Shown here one piece after another: positions 10,301-20,731 of a stretch of 64,000 nucleotides of DNA. The position numbers and the translations under genes are program-made. This stretch comes from an uncultured Planctomycetota bacterium (GTDB lineage Bacteria; Planctomycetota; Planctomycetia; Gemmatales; Gemmataceae). Location: NCBI GenBank assembly GCA_963849325.1, contig CAWKHF010000010.1, positions 494,917 to 558,916 on the forward strand, written 5' to 3'. Below the pieces are notes generated by a model that was not told where the DNA came from, made no database searches, and saw only the letters and a program-made list of their open reading frames with translations. Each line of letters starts with the position of its first letter. Within the stretch, counting starts at the first letter, position 1.

Positions 10301-12820
10301 TTCTCCAAATCGGCCTTGGCCCGCTCGAACGAGCCGATGCGGGCGCGGATCATGCCGAGCACTGTGTGGGCGCGGGCCAGCCGCGGCGGAAGTGTCGCAT
10401 CGTCCGGACTCATGGCCACGAGTTGTTGCAAACCTTGCAGACGGACGTTGGCCATCCCCTCGTGGGCGGCATCAGCCCGGCAACGTGCCGCAGGTCTTCC
10501 GCCTTCACCGAGGCGTAAGCCTCCTCCACCACCTTCCACACGACTTCCGACTCGCGGCGGCTTCGGGTCAGGTCGTCCAGCGCCTTCTCGGCCTTCTCGC
10601 GCTCGCGCAACTCCCGTTGACCGGCCTCAATGGCGTCATTGCGTTCGGCGCGGATGCGAACGAAGGCCAGGACCACGCCGAGCATCGTCAACAGAAGAAT
10701 GCCGGCCGCCGTCCCCAGGCCGAGCCGATGGCGACGCACGTATTTGCCCAGCAGGTAGTGCAGGCTCGGCGGCTGGGCCGAGACCGGCTCGCCGCGCAGG
10801 AAACGGCCCAGATCCTCCGCCAGTTCCGCCGCCGTGCCGTAACGCCGCGCTCGGTCTTTCTCCAGGCACTTCAGGACGACGGCTTCCAGGTCGCGCGGAA
10901 CGTGTCGATTGTGCTTGCGCGGACTGTCCGGGTCGGTAGACTGGATGCGCAGCATCAGGTCCGGCGTCGGCGTGTCCTCGCCGGCCCCGAACATTGGCCG
11001 CAAGGTCAGCAATTCCCACAGCGTCGCGCCGAGGCTGTACACGTCGGTGCGTCGATCCACCTTCCCCGCGGCGAGGACCTGCTCGGGACTGGCATAGCGA
11101 AGGGTGCCGACGAACTGGCGCGTGCGCGTCAGCCGTCCGTCGGTCTCGTCGGCGAGCTGGGCCAGGCCCAAGTCCATCAGGACCGGATGGGCCTCGGCGG
11201 GCGTCAGCATGATGTTGCCGGGCTTGATGTCGCGGTGGACGACGCCGGCCTCGTGTAGGGCGTGCGCCGCCTCCGCCACCTGCCGGACGATCTCGACCGC
11301 CCGCTCCACGTAGCCGCGCCCCGTCGGCGCCGGCGCGACGCGAGCAGGGCGCGGCGCCGACGAAGCCGCCTCGGCGTGAGGTTGGCCCTCACTCAAGGGA
11401 GTTTCGCGGCTGCGGGCCTGCTCGCACGCCGTCGTCAGCGCCTGCTGCCAGCGCGTGTCGTCCAGCTCCGCGGCGCTGCTGCCGGCCAGCTGCTCGCACA
11501 CGCTCGCCAGCTCGGCCCCGTCGATCAGCTCCATCACATAGAACCACTGATCGCCCTCGGCGCCGGAGGTGAAGACCTTGACGAGGTTGGGATGTTCGAC
11601 CCGTCCCAGGGCGCGGATCTCGCGGGAAAAGCGTGCCTCGCCCTTGGGGTCGCCGCTGCGGAGCATGCACTTGAGCGCCACCTGCCGCCCCAGGGACGGT
11701 TGCCAGGCGCGGTAGACGACACCCATGCCGCCCTGGCCGAGCCGGCTGAGCAGCTCGAACTCGCCGACGACCCGCGCCGCGCCGGTAGCCGGTACAGCGC
11801 CGCTCGGTTCTTCGGCGAGGCTGCGAGCGGCCCAGACATCGGCGGCGGCGCCATCGACGGATTGCCCGAGCACGTGCGACAACAGCTCCCAGCGGCCGTC
11901 TCCCAGCGCCTCCTGCTTCAAGACCTCGCCGGTGTTGTAGCAAAGATATTCGACCTGACGGCGGCCCCGGCGCGAGTTGAGGAAATAACTGCGGGCCGCG
12001 TCGAGGTCGTGATGCACCAGGGGATACAGCGAACGCAAAGTCGGGAAAGGGACCGACACGGCCGGGTCGCGCTGGCCCTCGACGTAGACGCGATCGGTCT
12101 GCGGCAGCCGGGCGACTTCGGCTTCGGGCAGACGGAGCGGTTCGGTGCGGCGGGCCGTCTCGCCGACGAGGAGATAGCGGTCGATGATCCAACCGCCGCC
12201 GGCCTGCCGGCGCACGTCGGTGACAAAGACCAGCCGTCGTCCGGCCAGCACATCGACGCGATCGAACAGTTCGCCCAGGCCGGAGCGCAGGGCCGCGCTC
12301 ATCCCTTCGTAGAACGCGGTCGGCCGCTGTCCGGCGGCCCCGTGACCGACCTCGACGTTGCGATACTGCACCAGCCGCTCGAACAACTCCGTCAGGCGAA
12401 CCGTGCCTGCGCCCCGCCGCGGCCACCCAGCGCCTCGGTTAGCGAAGCGTACAGGCCGGCCGTCCGGGGCATGTCGTCACGGGCACGCCCCAGCACTACG
12501 TCGCGCAGTGCCGGGAAGCCCTTGACGCCCGCGTCCGCCAGGACCGGGACCAGCCGGCGCACGAACTCCCACCAGTGCCCGACCGACGGACGAGCGAGGT
12601 TCTTGAGCCGCTCCGCCAACTCCGGATCGCGGTCCTTCAACGAGGCATATTCGCGGACGGCGACCGAGGCCATCAGTTTCAAGCCGGCTTCCCACAGGTA
12701 GTACGCCGCCAGGTGACGCTCCAGGGGCGTCTTGGCGTTGTGCGCCCGCCGATAGAGGTGGGCCAGCGGCAGCGGCAGCTTCTGCGTGAATCGATCATCG
12801 AAGGCGACGGCGGCATTCAT
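7378..12820 (-). CDS. Large Ser/Thr kinase: N-terminal HEPN-motif domain, kinase, TM, TPR repeats, embedded DUF2610-like domain (frameshifts ~12415, ~10465)
   Basis: Three consecutive ORFs; YRNVEVGHG; GQGGMGVVY/VALK/HRDIKPGN/DLG/YASPEQ; TPR-like helices; MKRFTVPCDF...LCVYALG. Confidence 0.85.
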
Positions 12821-13030
12821 GGTCGGTCTCGTTGGGAGAGAAGCCGGATCGCGCCCGGCGGTGAAAACCGGCGCTTCAGATCCCGGCTGAGTTCACAACT
12901 TGACGGAGAGAATGGTAACACGCCATCCAATTCCCCGCAAGAAACTCTCAATACTTGACAGAGCGGCATGCAGCGAAGATGATCGGACCAGACGCATCCG
13001 TTCCGCCCAGATCCTTACCCGAGACGGCTG

Positions 13031-14662
13031 ATGGATCCTTCGCTCCAGCCCTTGCTCACCCGTCTGGAACGTCTCTCCGACGAATTCCGAGAGATACGCG
13101 AAGGGATCGAAAAAGCGGTCCTGGTCGCCAAGGTCGATCCCGAGATGGCCCTGACCCGCGCCCGCAAGGTGCTCGAACTGGTGGTCCGGGAGATCTTCCA
13201 GCGTCGCGTGAACGAGCCGCCCGGCACGCGCCCCTTGGAGAACCTCATCCAGCGTCTGGTCAAGGACGGCTACTTCCCCGATCGCCTGGATGCCTACGCC
13301 TCCACCATCCGCAAGCTCGGCAATGTCGACACCCACTCCTTCGGCGAAGGCGTCACGCGAACCGATGTGCGGCTGTCGCTATCGCAGCTGATGCCGATTC
13401 TCGATTGGTACTTCCAGGTCGAGCGTCCCGATGCGGTCGTGACAAAACCGCCCGCGCCGGCGGCGCCCCCGGAGAAGCCGCCTCCGCCGTCCGTCCGCGC
13501 AAACCCCACCGTTCTTGATCGGCCGGATAGAAGTCAGTCCCCGGACAAGCGGCCCCCGCTGTCCGTCCGCGCCACTCCTTCCGCAATGCCCAAGAAACCT
13601 TCCGGCCGCCCACAAGCCGCACCGGCGCCGCTGCCAGTGATCCCAGAGACGATGAGGAAGGGCCGCATCCCGGTCGCCAGGGCGATGAAGACGGCGGACG
13701 CGAAGCCATCGAGGAAGTGGCTGCTTGGGCCGCTAGCCATCGTACTGCTTCTCGCCGGACTGCTCGGGCTAATCCTCGCGTTCGCCCCGAAGAACCATTT
13801 CCCCTCTGCCGACAGCCAATCAACCAAAACGCCATCTGGTGGCCGGTCGTCTCCAGAGTGGGGAAAATCCATCACCAACTCCATCGGCATGAAACTCGTG
13901 CGCGTGGAGCCGGGCGTCTTCCTCATGGGTTCGCCGGAGAGCGAGAACGAACGCTTCGATGACGAACACCAACACGAAGTCGAGATCACCCGGCCCTTCC
14001 ATGTGGGCGTCTACGAGGTAACGCAAGAGCAGTACGAGCGCGTCATGGGCAAGAACCCAAATTACTTCTCTTCTACGGGTGCGGGCAAGGATACGGTGAA
14101 TGGCATGGATACCCGCCAATTCCCGGTGGATGAGGTCGCATGGAAGGACGCCGTGGAGTTTTGTCGCCAGCTCTCGAAACTGCCCGAAGAGAAGGCGAAT
14201 GAACGCCTGTATCGCTTGCCGACCGAGGCGGAATGGGAATACATTTCCCGAGATGGGCCTTTTTTCAAGAAACCTTCGCCACCTTTCTCTTTCGGCAATT
14301 CCCTCTCTGCCTCGCAAGCCAACTTTGACGGCAACTTCCCTTACGGCGGCACGGCCAAGGGCGTCTACTTGGAGCGCCCTACGAAAGTCGGTTCTTATCC
14401 TCCCAATCCCCTCGGCCTCTACGATCTCCACGGCAACGTCTGGGAGTGGTGCGCCGACTGGTGCGACAAGGACTACTACAAAAACAGCCCCCGGCAAGAT
14501 CCGCAGGGACCGGAAAACGGCGAGCGCCGTGTTTTGCGTGGCGGTTCCTGGGTCAGCTACGGCAGGCTCTGCCGCGCCGCCTACCGCAACGGCAATGCGC
14601 CCGGCGATCGCGTCAACTACTACGGCTTTCGCGTTGTGTTGGTTGCCGGCGCGAGGACTTAG
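13031..14662 (+). CDS. DUF4145(HEPN-like)-Pro linker-TM-FGE/CLec domain protein
   Basis: ARKVLE...IRKLGNVDTH; TM; RLPTEAEWE, GLYDLHGNVWEW, RGGSW...GFRVV without the FGE catalytic Cys pair. Confidence 0.88.
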   Translation: MDPSLQPLLTRLERLSDEFREIREGIEKAVLVAKVDPEMALTRARKVLELVVREIFQRRVNEPPGTRPLENLIQRLVKDGYFPDRLDAYASTIRKLGNVDTHSFGEGVTRTDVRLSLSQLMPILDWYFQVERPDAVVTKPPAPAAPPEKPPPPSVRANPTVLDRPDRSQSPDKRPPLSVRATPSAMPKKPSGRPQAAPAPLPVIPETMRKGRIPVARAMKTADAKPSRKWLLGPLAIVLLLAGLLGLILAFAPKNHFPSADSQSTKTPSGGRSSPEWGKSITNSIGMKLVRVEPGVFLMGSPESENERFDDEHQHEVEITRPFHVGVYEVTQEQYERVMGKNPNYFSSTGAGKDTVNGMDTRQFPVDEVAWKDAVEFCRQLSKLPEEKANERLYRLPTEAEWEYISRDGPFFKKPSPPFSFGNSLSASQANFDGNFPYGGTAKGVYLERPTKVGSYPPNPLGLYDLHGNVWEWCADWCDKDYYKNSPRQDPQGPENGERRVLRGGSWVSYGRLCRAAYRNGNAPGDRVNYYGFRVVLVAGART

Positions 14663-14697
14663 TCAGGACCGATACGGACCCGATAAGGAGCTGAGGC

Positions 14698-15880
14698 GTG
14701 TTATTTCTGGAGTCGCTTCGACTCGATGGCTTGCTTTCCTTTCCACCAGGCGCCGAGACGATTTCGCTGACTCCGCTGAACGTCCTTATCGGGCCAAACG
14801 GGGCCGGCAAATCCAACCTGCTCGAAGCCGTGGAATTGCTGCACGCCACCCCCACGGCCTTCGCCGCGGCTGTCCGCGACGGCGGCGGCGTGAAGGAATG
14901 GCTCTGGAAAGGGCAAGACGGCAAAGGCCAAGCGGTCATGGAAACGGTGGTCAAAGGAAAGACGCCGATTCCCGACCTCCGCTACCGCCTGGCTTTCGCT
15001 CCCTCCGGTCAACGAACCGAAGTGCTCGACGAGGCCATCGAAGAAAGAGACAAGCGCTCCCCGAAAGAACGGGACGTTTTCTTTTACTACCGCTTTCAGA
15101 AAGGGCGGCCGGTCCTGAATGTCCGGGACACCTCCGGGGGCTATGTCCGCCGCAGTCTCAAACGAGAAGATCTCGTCCCGGACGAATCCGTACTCTCGCA
15201 GCGTAAAGGCTCTGATGTTTACCCCGAAGTCACCTGGCTCGGCCAGCAGTTTTCGCGCATCCAGACTTTCCGAGAATGGAGTTTCGGACGCTATGCCCCC
15301 GTGCGGCAACCTCAGCCGGCGGACCTGCCCAGCGACGTTCTGTTGCCCGACTCGCGCAACCTGGGTCTGATCCTCAACGAGGTGGAACACACCGACGCCG
15401 CGCCGGAGTTCAACCGCTTGCTGTCCCGTTTCTTGCCGCGCTATCACCGTTTCAGCACCCGCATTCAAGGCGGCACCGTCCAGTTCTACCTTCATGAGAA
15501 GGGCTTGAATGCCCCGATCCCGGCCACGCGCTTGTCCGACGGCACCATCCGTTTCCTGGCCATGTTGGCCTTACTCCTTTCTCCCAACCCGCCATCTCTG
15601 TTGTGCATGGAAGAGCCGGAACTCGGGCTGCACCCCGACGCCGTCAGCCTGCTGGCGGACTGTCTGGTGGATGCCTCCACGCGCACCCAGCTCATCGTCA
15701 CCACGCATTCCGACGCCCTGGTTTCGGCCCTCACGGACCATGCGGATTCGCTACTCGTGTGCGAGAATCAGGGCGGCACCGTGCTGCACCGCGTTGAGTC
15801 CCAGCGGCTTGGGCACTGGCTGGAGAAGTATCGGCTCGGCGAGATTCTGGCGTATCGGCGAGCTGGGAGGCAATCCGTGA
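14698..15880 (+). CDS. ABC-type AAA ATPase (AAA_15/AAA_21-like); +1 indel near 15846 fuses it to the next gene in the ORF track
   Basis: GPNGAGKS, LSDGT, MEEPE, TTHS; natural end ...WRIGELGGNP* at 15880. Confidence 0.85.
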
Positions 15881-16524
15881 AGGAGGTCGCCATCTACCTG
15901 GAAGGGGGCGGAGACTCGGCCCAGCAAAAGGCCGAACTGCGAACGGGGATGGACGCCTTGCTTGATCCAGAGAAGCGGGCGGCGCGGGACAAGGAGTTGC
16001 GCTGGCGAATGATACCCTGCGGCGGCCGAGAGCAAACCTTCGACGCCTTCCACAACGCCCTCCAGCAGTCCGACGAGGAGACCCTGCTGATCCTTCTGGT
16101 GGACTCAGAGGATCCCATCGGCCAGGAATCCAAAGATAAAGAGAAGAACGCCGATGCCCGTGTCCAGCACCTCACGCAACGCGATCAATGGGACTTATCC
16201 GGCGCGGACCCCAAACAGGTCCACTTGATGGTGCAATGTATGGAGGCCTGGATCGTCGCGGATCAGGAGGCACTCGCCGCCTTCTATGGGAAGAGATTTC
16301 ATGCGAATAGTTTGCCCAATCGGCTGAACTTGGAAGAAGAGCCCAAGGCGGACTTACTGAAGAAGCTCAAGAAGAGCACGGAAAAGACCCAGAAGGGAGA
16401 ATACGCCAAGATCAAGCATGCCAGCAAGCTGCTGGAGAAGATCGATAGGGCGAAAGTGGGTAAGCGTTGCTCCCGCTTTGCGACCTTCACCGCTTGGTTG
16501 GCCGAGAAGATCACAGGTGCCTGA
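15877..16524 (+). CDS. DUF4276-family (TOPRIM-like) protein
   Basis: GTGA overlap with GGAGG RBS; IYLEGGG, LLVDSE, MVQCMEAWIVAD. Confidence 0.8.
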   Translation: MKEVAIYLEGGGDSAQQKAELRTGMDALLDPEKRAARDKELRWRMIPCGGREQTFDAFHNALQQSDEETLLILLVDSEDPIGQESKDKEKNADARVQHLTQRDQWDLSGADPKQVHLMVQCMEAWIVADQEALAAFYGKRFHANSLPNRLNLEEEPKADLLKKLKKSTEKTQKGEYAKIKHASKLLEKIDRAKVGKRCSRFATFTAWLAEKITGA

Positions 16525-16710
16525 CATTGCAGATCCCGCCTTTCCCCTCGCCGCCTCGCGACGGTCGTGTCCCGAGCATGTCCGGCCAAAGACACAAGCG
16601 ATCCGCGTGGGCTGGTAGGTACGCCCGAAGACCCACGCGAGATCTCTCCTCTTTCGAGGCGTGACCGCCGTGGTTCCATGACACGAGGAGCCGCACTCCT
16701 GGAGTCCGCC

Positions 16711-17610
16711 GTGACCACGAAGCCCTATGATCCGACGCTCAAAGCGCTGGTCGAAACCGAGCCGGAGGCGTGGCCCGCCCTCCTCGGCCGTCCGACGGGT
16801 CCGACGGCGGTGATCGACGCGGACATCGCCACCGTCAGCGGCGCCGCCGACAAGGTGCTGCGCGTATCCGCCGACCCGCCGTACCTGCTGCATCTGGAAT
16901 TCGTCAGCGGCCACGACGCCCCGACGCTGCCGCGCAAACTGCTCGTCCGCAACGCGCTGCTGGAGGACCGTCACGACTTGCCGGTGCGCAGCGGTGTGGT
17001 GCTTCTGCGTCCCGAGGCCGATTCCCCCCAGTTGACTGGGCGGTACGAACGCGGCTTCCCCGGCGAGGACGCCTACCTGGCCTTCCGTTATCAGGTGCTG
17101 CGTGTCTGGCAGCTTCCGCCGGGTCCGCTGCTGAGGGGCAGCCTGGCCTTGTTGCCGTTCGCCCTGATCGGCGCGGTGACAGAAGCGGAACTCCCTGGCA
17201 TAATAAAGCGGATCGAACGGCGGCTGAACCAACGCCGGGCGCGGAGGCAAGCTCCGTTCGTGTGGGCGTCGTCCTACATCTTGCTGGGGCTGCGCTTCTC
17301 GCCCGCGCTGGCGGCCCAATTGTTCCGAGGAGTGGTGTCCATGAAAGAATCTTCGACGTACCAGGCCATTCTGGAAGAAGGGCGAGTGGAGGGGCGCAAC
17401 GAGGGGGCTTTGGCCGAGGCGCGGAAAGTGCTGCGTCTTCAGGGCGAAGAAGCGTTTGGTCCCCCCGACGCTCGGATTACCGTACTCATCGAGCGGCTAA
17501 ATGATTTGACCCGCCTGGAGGATTACCTCAAGCGGATGCGAACCGCGGGGAGTTGGCAGGATTTATTCGACTCGCCCGTGCCCACCGCGCGGAAAAGGCG
17601 ACGGGGATAG
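16711..17610 (+). CDS. Rpn-like PD-(D/E)XK nuclease/putative transposase
   Basis: KPYDPTLKAL, ADKVLRV...LHLEF, MKESSTYQAILEEGRVEGRNEG. Confidence 0.75.
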   Translation: MTTKPYDPTLKALVETEPEAWPALLGRPTGPTAVIDADIATVSGAADKVLRVSADPPYLLHLEFVSGHDAPTLPRKLLVRNALLEDRHDLPVRSGVVLLRPEADSPQLTGRYERGFPGEDAYLAFRYQVLRVWQLPPGPLLRGSLALLPFALIGAVTEAELPGIIKRIERRLNQRRARRQAPFVWASSYILLGLRFSPALAAQLFRGVVSMKESSTYQAILEEGRVEGRNEGALAEARKVLRLQGEEAFGPPDARITVLIERLNDLTRLEDYLKRMRTAGSWQDLFDSPVPTARKRRRG

Positions 17611-17649
17611 CTCGTTGGCGCCGGCCAAGAGTTCTGCCGGGCGCTCGCA

Positions 17650-18969
17650 TCACGCCACGACCGAAGGCTCGCCGAGTTGAACGCCCAGCGTATCCTCGCA
17701 CCACACCGCGACGGGGACCAACTCATGCTCGCTCCACGGACGGCCGACGAGTTGAATCGCCAGGGGCAAGCCATCGGGACTGCGGCCGACGGGGAAGGAA
17801 ATCGTCGGGAAGCCGGTGTAGCTCCACGGCGAATTGAAGGCCGGATCGCCGGTACTGCTCGCGTCCGGGGCTGGGCCGGTGGTCGCCGACGTCAGCAGGA
17901 TCTCGACGCCCTCGAAACAAGCCTCCATCTCGCGGCGTAACCGTTGTTGATGCTGCTTGCACTGGGCATACTCCGGCGCGGGACACTTCAGCCCCTCTTC
18001 CACCAGTGAGCGAATCCACGGATCGTAGTCCTCGGGATGACGGCGCAGACGTTCTTGATGAAACGCCGCCGCCTCGACGGCCATGATCGTGCGATGACGC
18101 GGCAGCACTTCGGCGAAGGACGCCGGCAAACTCACGTCCTCGACGATCGCTCCGGCCTGGCGCAGCTTGTCCGATACCTCATCCATCATCTGGGTGACGA
18201 CCGGATCGGCCCGGCTCTCGAACAGGCCGCGCAAGCGGCCCAGCACCGGCTGGAGCGGCGGCGTACCCATGTGGGGTGTGTGCGTGATGGGCCAGCCGGC
18301 GCCGGCGATGCTCAGGAGCAGGATTTCCAGATCGCGCACACAACGGGCCATCGGGCCGGGGTGGTCCATTGACGGCGCCAGGGGAACGACGCCGCGGGCA
18401 CTGACGCGGCCGAAGGTCGGCTTGAATCCGGCGACGCCGCAGTAAGAGGCCGGCCGCGTGATCGAGCCGCCGGTCTGCGAGCCGAGCGCGCCCAGGCACA
18501 TGCCGCAGGCCAGGGCGGCGGCCGAGCCGCTGCTGGAGCCGCCCGGCGTGCGCTCCAGGTTCCAGGGATTGCGCGTCGGCGGCGGATCGAAGCTGGCGTA
18601 CTGCGTCGTCACCGTCTTGCCCACGAACACCGCCCCCGCCTGCCGTAGTCGGCGAACCACCACGGCGTCCTGCCGGGCGATGCTGTTTTTCCACAGGCGC
18701 GAGCCGGCGGCGGTCGGCCAGTCGAACACGTCAAAGATGTCTTTGATGGCGAGGGGGATGCCGTGCAGCGGGCCGCGCCAATGGCCGCGCCGAATCTCCG
18801 CGGCGCACTCGTCGGCGCGGGTCCGCGCTCCTTCGCGGTCAACCAGCACCCAGGCATGGACGCGATTCTCGCAGCGGTCGATACGCTCCAGGCAGGACGT
18901 GAGAAGATCGACCGGAGACAGTCGGCCGTGGCGAATGTCCTCGGCGGCGGCGTGGATGGTGGGAAACAT
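17650..18969 (-). CDS. Amidase (amidase signature, GatA-like)
   Basis: GPLHGIPLAIKD, PGGSSSGSAAA, GSQTGGSITRPASYCG. Confidence 0.93.
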   Translation of the reverse strand: MFPTIHAAAEDIRHGRLSPVDLLTSCLERIDRCENRVHAWVLVDREGARTRADECAAEIRRGHWRGPLHGIPLAIKDIFDVFDWPTAAGSRLWKNSIARQDAVVVRRLRQAGAVFVGKTVTTQYASFDPPPTRNPWNLERTPGGSSSGSAAALACGMCLGALGSQTGGSITRPASYCGVAGFKPTFGRVSARGVVPLAPSMDHPGPMARCVRDLEILLLSIAGAGWPITHTPHMGTPPLQPVLGRLRGLFESRADPVVTQMMDEVSDKLRQAGAIVEDVSLPASFAEVLPRHRTIMAVEAAAFHQERLRRHPEDYDPWIRSLVEEGLKCPAPEYAQCKQHQQRLRREMEACFEGVEILLTSATTGPAPDASSTGDPAFNSPWSYTGFPTISFPVGRSPDGLPLAIQLVGRPWSEHELVPVAVWCEDTLGVQLGEPSVVA

Positions 18970-19139
18970 GCGAAGGCTCGGCGAGGCGTCCAGCGGATCG
19001 GGACCGTAAAGCGGAACACGATCGATAATCCTACGCCTCGCCGCCGACGACGGCCAGTCGTCCCACTTCCCCCCGCCCACCGTGCGTACAGTAATCAGCG
19101 GACGCAAAGACACGGAACGAATCCCTGGGACAATAGAAG

Positions 19140-20156
19140 ATGACGAAGGTCGCTATTCTCGGCGGCTCCGGCTACACGGCGCTGGAACTAATCAAGATCC
19201 TTCTGCGCCACCCCGGAGCCGAAATCGCGGCGGTGACGTCGCGGCAGAGCGACACGCCGCGCCTGGCCGAGCTGCACCCCAGCCTGACCGGACGCATCGA
19301 CCTGCGCTGCGAGCCGTTCCACGCCGACCGTCTGCTGGCGCGCGGCGTGCAGTGCGTGTTCAGCTGCCTGCCGCACGGCGCCAGCATGGCGGCGCTGCCG
19401 GCGCTGTTGCAGCGCGGCCTGCGCGTCATCGACCTCAGCGCCGACTATCGCCTGCACGATCCCAACGTCTACGCCCAGTGGTACGGCGAAAGCCACGCGG
19501 ATCTGGCCCACCTGGCTCAGGCCGTCTACGGTCTGCCGGAGGTCTACGGCGACGCCATCGCCACCGCCCAGCTCGTCGCCAATCCCGGCTGCTATCCGCA
19601 GACCGGCATTCTCGGCCTGGCCCCGCTGGCCGCCGGGCAATTACGTCGAGCCGCGCCACATCATCATCGACAGCAAGAGCGGCGTCTCGGGGGCCGGCCG
19701 CACGCCGAAGTTGAGCACTCACTTTCCCGAGTGCAACGAGAGCGTGTCCGCCTACCAGGTGGGCAAGCATCGCCATACGCCGGAGATCGAACAGGTGCTG
19801 ACCGACGTGGCCGGCGAGCCGATCGAGGTGCTCTTCACGCCGCACCTGGTCCCGATGGACCGCGGCATCTTCTCGACGATCTACGCCGTGCCGCGCCGGC
19901 CGTTGTCCGAGGCGGAATTGCTGGAGATGTATCGAGCGTATTACGCCCGTTCGCCGTTCGTGCGCGTGGTCGAGCACCTGCCGGCGACCAAGGACTGCGC
20001 CGGCACCAATTTCTTCGACGTGACGCGTGCGCGTGGTCCGCGGAGCGTATCGTCGTGCTGGCCTGCCTGGACAACTTGGTGCGCGGCGCCAGCGGCGTGG
20101 CGGTGCAGAACTTCAATCGCATGTACGGCCACGACGAGCGCGCAGCGTTGCGGTGA
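19140..20156 (+). CDS. argC: N-acetyl-gamma-glutamyl-phosphate reductase (two compensating frameshifts ~19640, ~20030)
   Basis: [42 protein letters not shown]. Confidence 0.95.
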   Translation: MTKVAILGGSGYTALELIKILLRHPGAEIAAVTSRQSDTPRLAELHPSLTGRIDLRCEPFHADRLLARGVQCVFSCLPHGASMAALPALLQRGLRVIDLSADYRLHDPNVYAQWYGESHADLAHLAQAVYGLPEVYGDAIATAQLVANPGCYPQTGILGLAPLAAGQLRRAAPHHHRQQERRLGGRPHAEVEHSLSRVQRERVRLPGGQASPYAGDRTGADRRGRRADRGALHAAPGPDGPRHLLDDLRRAAPAVVRGGIAGDVSSVLRPFAVRARGRAPAGDQGLRRHQFLRRDACAWSAERIVVLACLDNLVRGASGVAVQNFNRMYGHDERAALR

Positions 20157-20306
20157 GGTATTGGGCCGCTTGCGGCTTAGCGCCGCGCGAACGAGCGGCA
20201 AAAGCGCTCTTGACACCCGCCGGGCGCTTGCTATGGTCTGGCCTCTCCCAAATCGGTTTCGCCTGTCGGAACGATATTCCTCACAAGAGGAGGAAGGGGT
20301 AAGATC

Positions 20307-20632
20307 ATGCGCACGTTCATGGGGTTGGCGGGCTTGACGCTCGCCCTGGGACTGGCCGGGTCGTGCAGGCCCAGGTCATCACATTCGGGCCGGTCGTTGG
20401 CCAGATCACCAGTTCGGTGGTCGATTACCGCAACGCCAACGCGCCCATCGCCGCCTCGGTGCCGCGCAACAGCGGCTTCTCGCTGACCAACCTGTTCCAC
20501 ACCACCACGAGCCTCAGCAACACCATCCCGACCGGCAAGAGCACGTTCCCGACGCCGGCGCAGATGCAGGCGTCCGCGCCGAGCTATTTCAAGCCCTTCC
20601 AGCTGTATCGAGGCCAGCGCATTACGCCGTGA
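20307..20632 (+). CDS. Small secreted hypothetical protein (frameshift ~20360)
   Basis: Purine-rich RBS; signal-like [18 protein letters not shown] joined to ORF 20363-20632. Confidence 0.6.
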
Positions 20633-20656
20633 TAGCCGGCACGTGGCCGAACGCTT

Positions 20657-20712
20657 CCGAGCCTGAAGCGTTTGCGAAGCAACGGCACTCTTCGCTAACG
20701 CTTCAGGCTCGG
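20657..20712. repeat. REP-like hairpin between convergent genes
   Basis: ccgagcctgaagcgtt...aacgcttcaggctcgg inverted repeat. Confidence 0.75.
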
Positions 20713-20731
20713 ACCCATACAGTTTGTCCGC

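Noticed and set aside
14698-16524. 608-aa ATPase-DUF4276 fusion in the ORF track
   Set aside because: One extra base near 15846; the natural ATPase end (WRIGELGGNP*) and an RBS + GTGA overlap are both present
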